Below, piece by piece: positions 36,240 to 39,045 of a DNA stretch of 39,045 nt. A model generated the notes under the pieces. That model ran no database searches. It saw only the letters and a list, made by a program, of their open reading frames with translations, and was not told the DNA's origin. Origin of the DNA: Catajapyx aquilonaris. Lineage: Eukaryota. Position numbers and translations under genes: made by a program. Within the stretch, counting starts at the first letter, position 1. Every line of letters begins with the position of its first letter. The stretch lies in contig KZ538949.1 in NCBI GenBank assembly GCA_000934665.2, positions 1-39,045 on the forward strand, in the 5' to 3' direction.

Positions 36240-36983
36240 ATGTACAAGCTCGTAAGTTATCCGTGGGTAGCAGCGGGTTGGCCGGTTGTGTGGACATGCG
36301 GTCTCAAGCCGCGGTAGTTCAGTGGCAGAACACACACTCAAGCAGTGTGGAACCTGGGTTCGATTCCCAGCTGTGGCCGGCCGGCATGTACCAAGTGGAA
36401 GTGTGACATTGGACGTAGCCGGTAAGACCTGCATATCAAGGCTCTCCGGCTGCGTCCAATCAGTGGCAACTTCAGGCATCATTTGAGACATTTATTGCTG
36501 CTAAATGACGTTTATCCACAGGCAATCTTCCTCGCGGTGGTGTCCGTGGCCTACGCTGGAGCTCCCCTGGCCGCCCCAGTGGGATACGCCGCCCCTTATG
36601 CCGCCCATTACGCCGCCCCTTACGCTGCACCTTATGCCGCATACGGTGCCGCATACGGTGCCGCATATGCTCCATATGCAGCACACGCCGTTGCTGCCCC
36701 AGTAGCCTATGCTGCACCAGTGGCCAAGGTTGCTGCTCCAGTCCTGGCTGCCCCAGCTTACCACGCATATGCCGCCCCAGCAGTGGCTAAGATTGCCGCT
36801 CCAGCATTCACCTATGCCGCACCCGTGGCCAAGGTAGCTGCCCCTGTTGCCGTCGCCCATGCTGCTCCTCTGGCTTATGCTGCACCAGTGGCTAAGGTTG
36901 CTGGTCCCGCCTACGGTTACGGCCTTGGCTATGGCGCCCATTATGGTGCCCACCACTATGGCGCCTATGGTGCCTTTTTGTAA
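36240..36983 (+). CDS. Ala/Tyr-rich (YAAP, AAPVAKV) low-complexity cuticular protein, 157 aa; exons 36240-36251 and 36522-36983
   Basis: ATG TAC AAG CTC|GTAAGT, then a 270-nt intron ending ccacag|GCA ATC TTC. Signal peptide MYKLAIFLAVVSVAYA, YAAP/AAPVAKV repeats, GYGLGYG C-terminus. TATAAA at 36153. Confidence 0.93.
36308..36378 (+). ncRNA. Intronic tRNA-like cloverleaf (tRNA-Gly-like scaffold, non-canonical anticodon loop TCAAGCA)
   Basis: Acceptor GCCGCGG/CTGTGGC, T8A9, D-stem GTTC/GAAC, anticodon stem CACAC/GTGTG with a 7-nt loop, 4-nt variable loop, T-arm CTGGG-TTCGATT-CCCAG. All four stems pair fully, allowing G-U. Confidence 0.75.
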
Positions 36984-37019
36984 GGAACAGGACCGGTGAT
37001 TATTGTATTACGTATTTGA

Positions 37020-37025
37020 ATTAAA
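37020..37025 (+). terminator. Candidate variant polyA signal ATTAAA of cuticle gene 3
   Basis: About 37 nt past the stop, with GT-rich sequence downstream. Confidence 0.45.
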
Positions 37026-37188
37026 AGAGATCATTTGTAAAAAAAAAGTCAATTGTGGTATTATTTACGACATTGCGTTGTTGTTTCCCTTGTTTCATGA
37101 GATTCCAAAAATATGTGTCAAATAGCAGCATTGTTTCGATTTCAATTGTTTACCGCAAAAATAGTCAACATGCCAGGCGTACGAGGTC

Positions 37189-37350
37189 CAAGGGGTTAAC
37201 CACTTCAGTACTCCTGTGTACACCTGCAGTGGTACTCCCAGGTACTCCTTTACTACTTAGGTACATTACTCTTTGGTACTCCTTGGTAGGCCCTACTCCT
37301 TGAATTTGGTACTCCAGTGTACACTTTAAAGTCGAGTGGTTAACCCCTTG
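37189..37350. mobile_element. Uninterrupted copy of the CAAGGGG-TIR MITE family (162 bp)
   Basis: TIR CAAGGGGTTAACCACT/AGTGGTTAACCCCTTG, internal GGTACTCC repeats shared with 6029-6538, and a degraded 8-bp TSD ACGAGGTC/CGTAGGTC. Confidence 0.85.
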
Positions 37351-38667
37351 CGTAGGTCACTTCTAGATTGTTACCTTCATTGGTGACGTGTGCAAATGAT
37401 TCCATTCATCACTGGGATATGACACTTTTTACATAGTGAGAAGCTTCGTTGCATAATTTGCCGGGCGAAATTGAGACCACAATGCCGATTGACCATTGAG
37501 AGTGTGGAAAAAGCATTTCCGAATCATTCAAAATTATTGTGCGAATTGATAATTATAATATTAATGCTTCGATAGAGATCATGAACTAAATGATTACCTC
37601 ACATCTTTGAAATGTGCCTTTTTTTTAACGAGCGCTATGACCGTATGGGCTGAGTTGTCAATAGTTCTCTAAGTCTCATGCACAAAGCTATAGGCCTATA
37701 CTGTATTATTATACACTATAGAGATAGACTTTTTCCCGGCTTTTTCCACTTATGACAGATTTAACGTTACATAATCACAAACATTTTCGTATAGGCCTAC
37801 TACTTTTTTGCATGATTATTAATCACGGCTAATCTCTTGCCGTGAGTCATGAATAATTGTTTTCTATTGGTTGATGCTTAGGTGATTTCACAACACTGCA
37901 ATAATGGGCATGAACAAAAAAAAGTTCATTATGATGCCTCAATTTCTTTTTATTCCTCAGGGACAATCTAGTCTTGGAGCTACAATAATGAATGCCTGCA
38001 AAATAAATCTAGGCTACGATTATTTCAATGTAACATATTTCCATCAATTTTATATCGCAGCTGATTCCGAATATGGAACACAAGGGCAATAAAATTCCGC
38101 CGATCATTCTCGTCACATATGGTTCTGCACTACATTATGCGTCAGTAATGGATGCCATTAAACTTAATTTGCTGACAAATTGATGTCCGACTGCCCATTA
38201 CTAATCGACTGTTGTGCTGCATCACGATTGTGACTTTCAAGGCGATGCTTGTGCACCAACGTCGGCACCAGCAATGCAGAGCCATATAGTGTTGAACGTG
38301 TGTAAAATTCCGACAGATGGGAGTCTCTGGGCTTCTTATAGGGTCTTACAGTTGGATGACACTTTTCTAGCATGATTCACTGTTATGGACTGTTTGGGTA
38401 GCTCCTGGCAGGGAGTACGTATATTGTCAAAGAACTTCAGAATTGGTTCATACAAAATAATGTGGATCCGAGTTTATAAAGTGCATGAGAAACTGCACAC
38501 TAAGCATAGTGTTACATAATAATGTGACAAGGTTTAGGGTGAACTCTTGGGGACCAGAGGCGTCATTTAGTTTCCGAATCGAGGCAATGGGCTTCAAACG
38601 TAATATATCCACTATAATTTGAATTTTCACAGCAGCTCCCAATTTTCAGACTTGCATAATATGCAAA

Positions 38668-38736
38668 TTAATTAAATTAATGAAAGTTTTAGTGAACTAT
38701 ATTATAGTTCACTAAAACTTTCATTAATTTAATTAA
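38668..38736. repeat. 69-bp AT-rich perfect palindrome with 1-nt spacer
   Basis: TTAATTAAATTAATGAAAGTTTTAGTGAACTATA-T-TATAGTTCACTAAAACTTTCATTAATTTAATTAA. Confidence 0.92.
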
Positions 38737-38786
38737 CGCTTGGGCATTACCGATTGTACCATACGTTATCAATGATTACAATGAAT

Positions 38787-38848
<62 letters not shown>

Positions 38849-38964
38849 CGTCGTCGTCGTCGTCGTAGTCGTGGTAGTGCCTGACCTTCTTATGAGGTGT
38901 GCAGAACGTGTCCAAGTCCGTGGGCAGGGGTAAGTGGGAGGGCTTGGTGATGGCATCGAATCCC
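38787..38964 (-). mobile_element. Probable retroposon 3' end with (TAC)n/(GAC)n tail
   Basis: A GC-rich ~85-bp segment directly abuts a (GTA)n(GTC)n microsatellite at 38787-38878. Confidence 0.45.
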
Positions 38965-39045
38965 GGTGTAACGGGCGAAACGTATCCCGGGCGAAATGTA
39001 CCCACCCCGGTACAAATCGCCCGGGTTATTTGTACCCCCCCCCCC
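38965..39045. mobile_element. Start of a DNA-transposon-like element with subterminal repeats (GGGCGAAA..GTA.CC), truncated by the window end
   Basis: CGGGCGAAACGTATCC and CGGGCGAAATGTACCC are direct repeats, followed by an inverted GGTACAAATCGCCCG. Confidence 0.4.

Noticed and set aside
36308..36378. Calling this a functional tRNA-Leu(AAG) gene
   Set aside because: It has C33 and C37, no long variable arm and no oligo-T terminator, so it is reported as tRNA-like instead.

Overview
Eukaryotic genomic DNA, almost certainly arthropod (insect-like), AT-rich and transposon-dense, with one 17-N gap. It holds three two-exon low-complexity cuticular-protein genes without an R&R domain (AAP(V/A)/HAAP/YAAP repeats plus signal peptide), each opening with the same 4-codon MYKL micro-exon. 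One is on the - strand (11940-12695) and two are on the + strand (21829-23053, 36240-36983). A four-exon divergent ALY/REF (THOC4)-like RRM gene at 948-2114 is not recovered by the ORF track. The rest is MITEs with TA or 8-bp TSDs, tRNA-derived SINEs with variable tails, two V-SINE-like copies, long near-perfect palindromes and microsatellites. The most striking observation is that the single introns of two cuticle paralogues each carry a sense-oriented ~70-nt tRNA-like cloverleaf. The two share an identical T-arm, show compensatory changes in the acceptor stem, have non-canonical anticodon arms, and lack a Pol III terminator or SINE body. This suggests a structurally conserved intronic RNA or DNA element.
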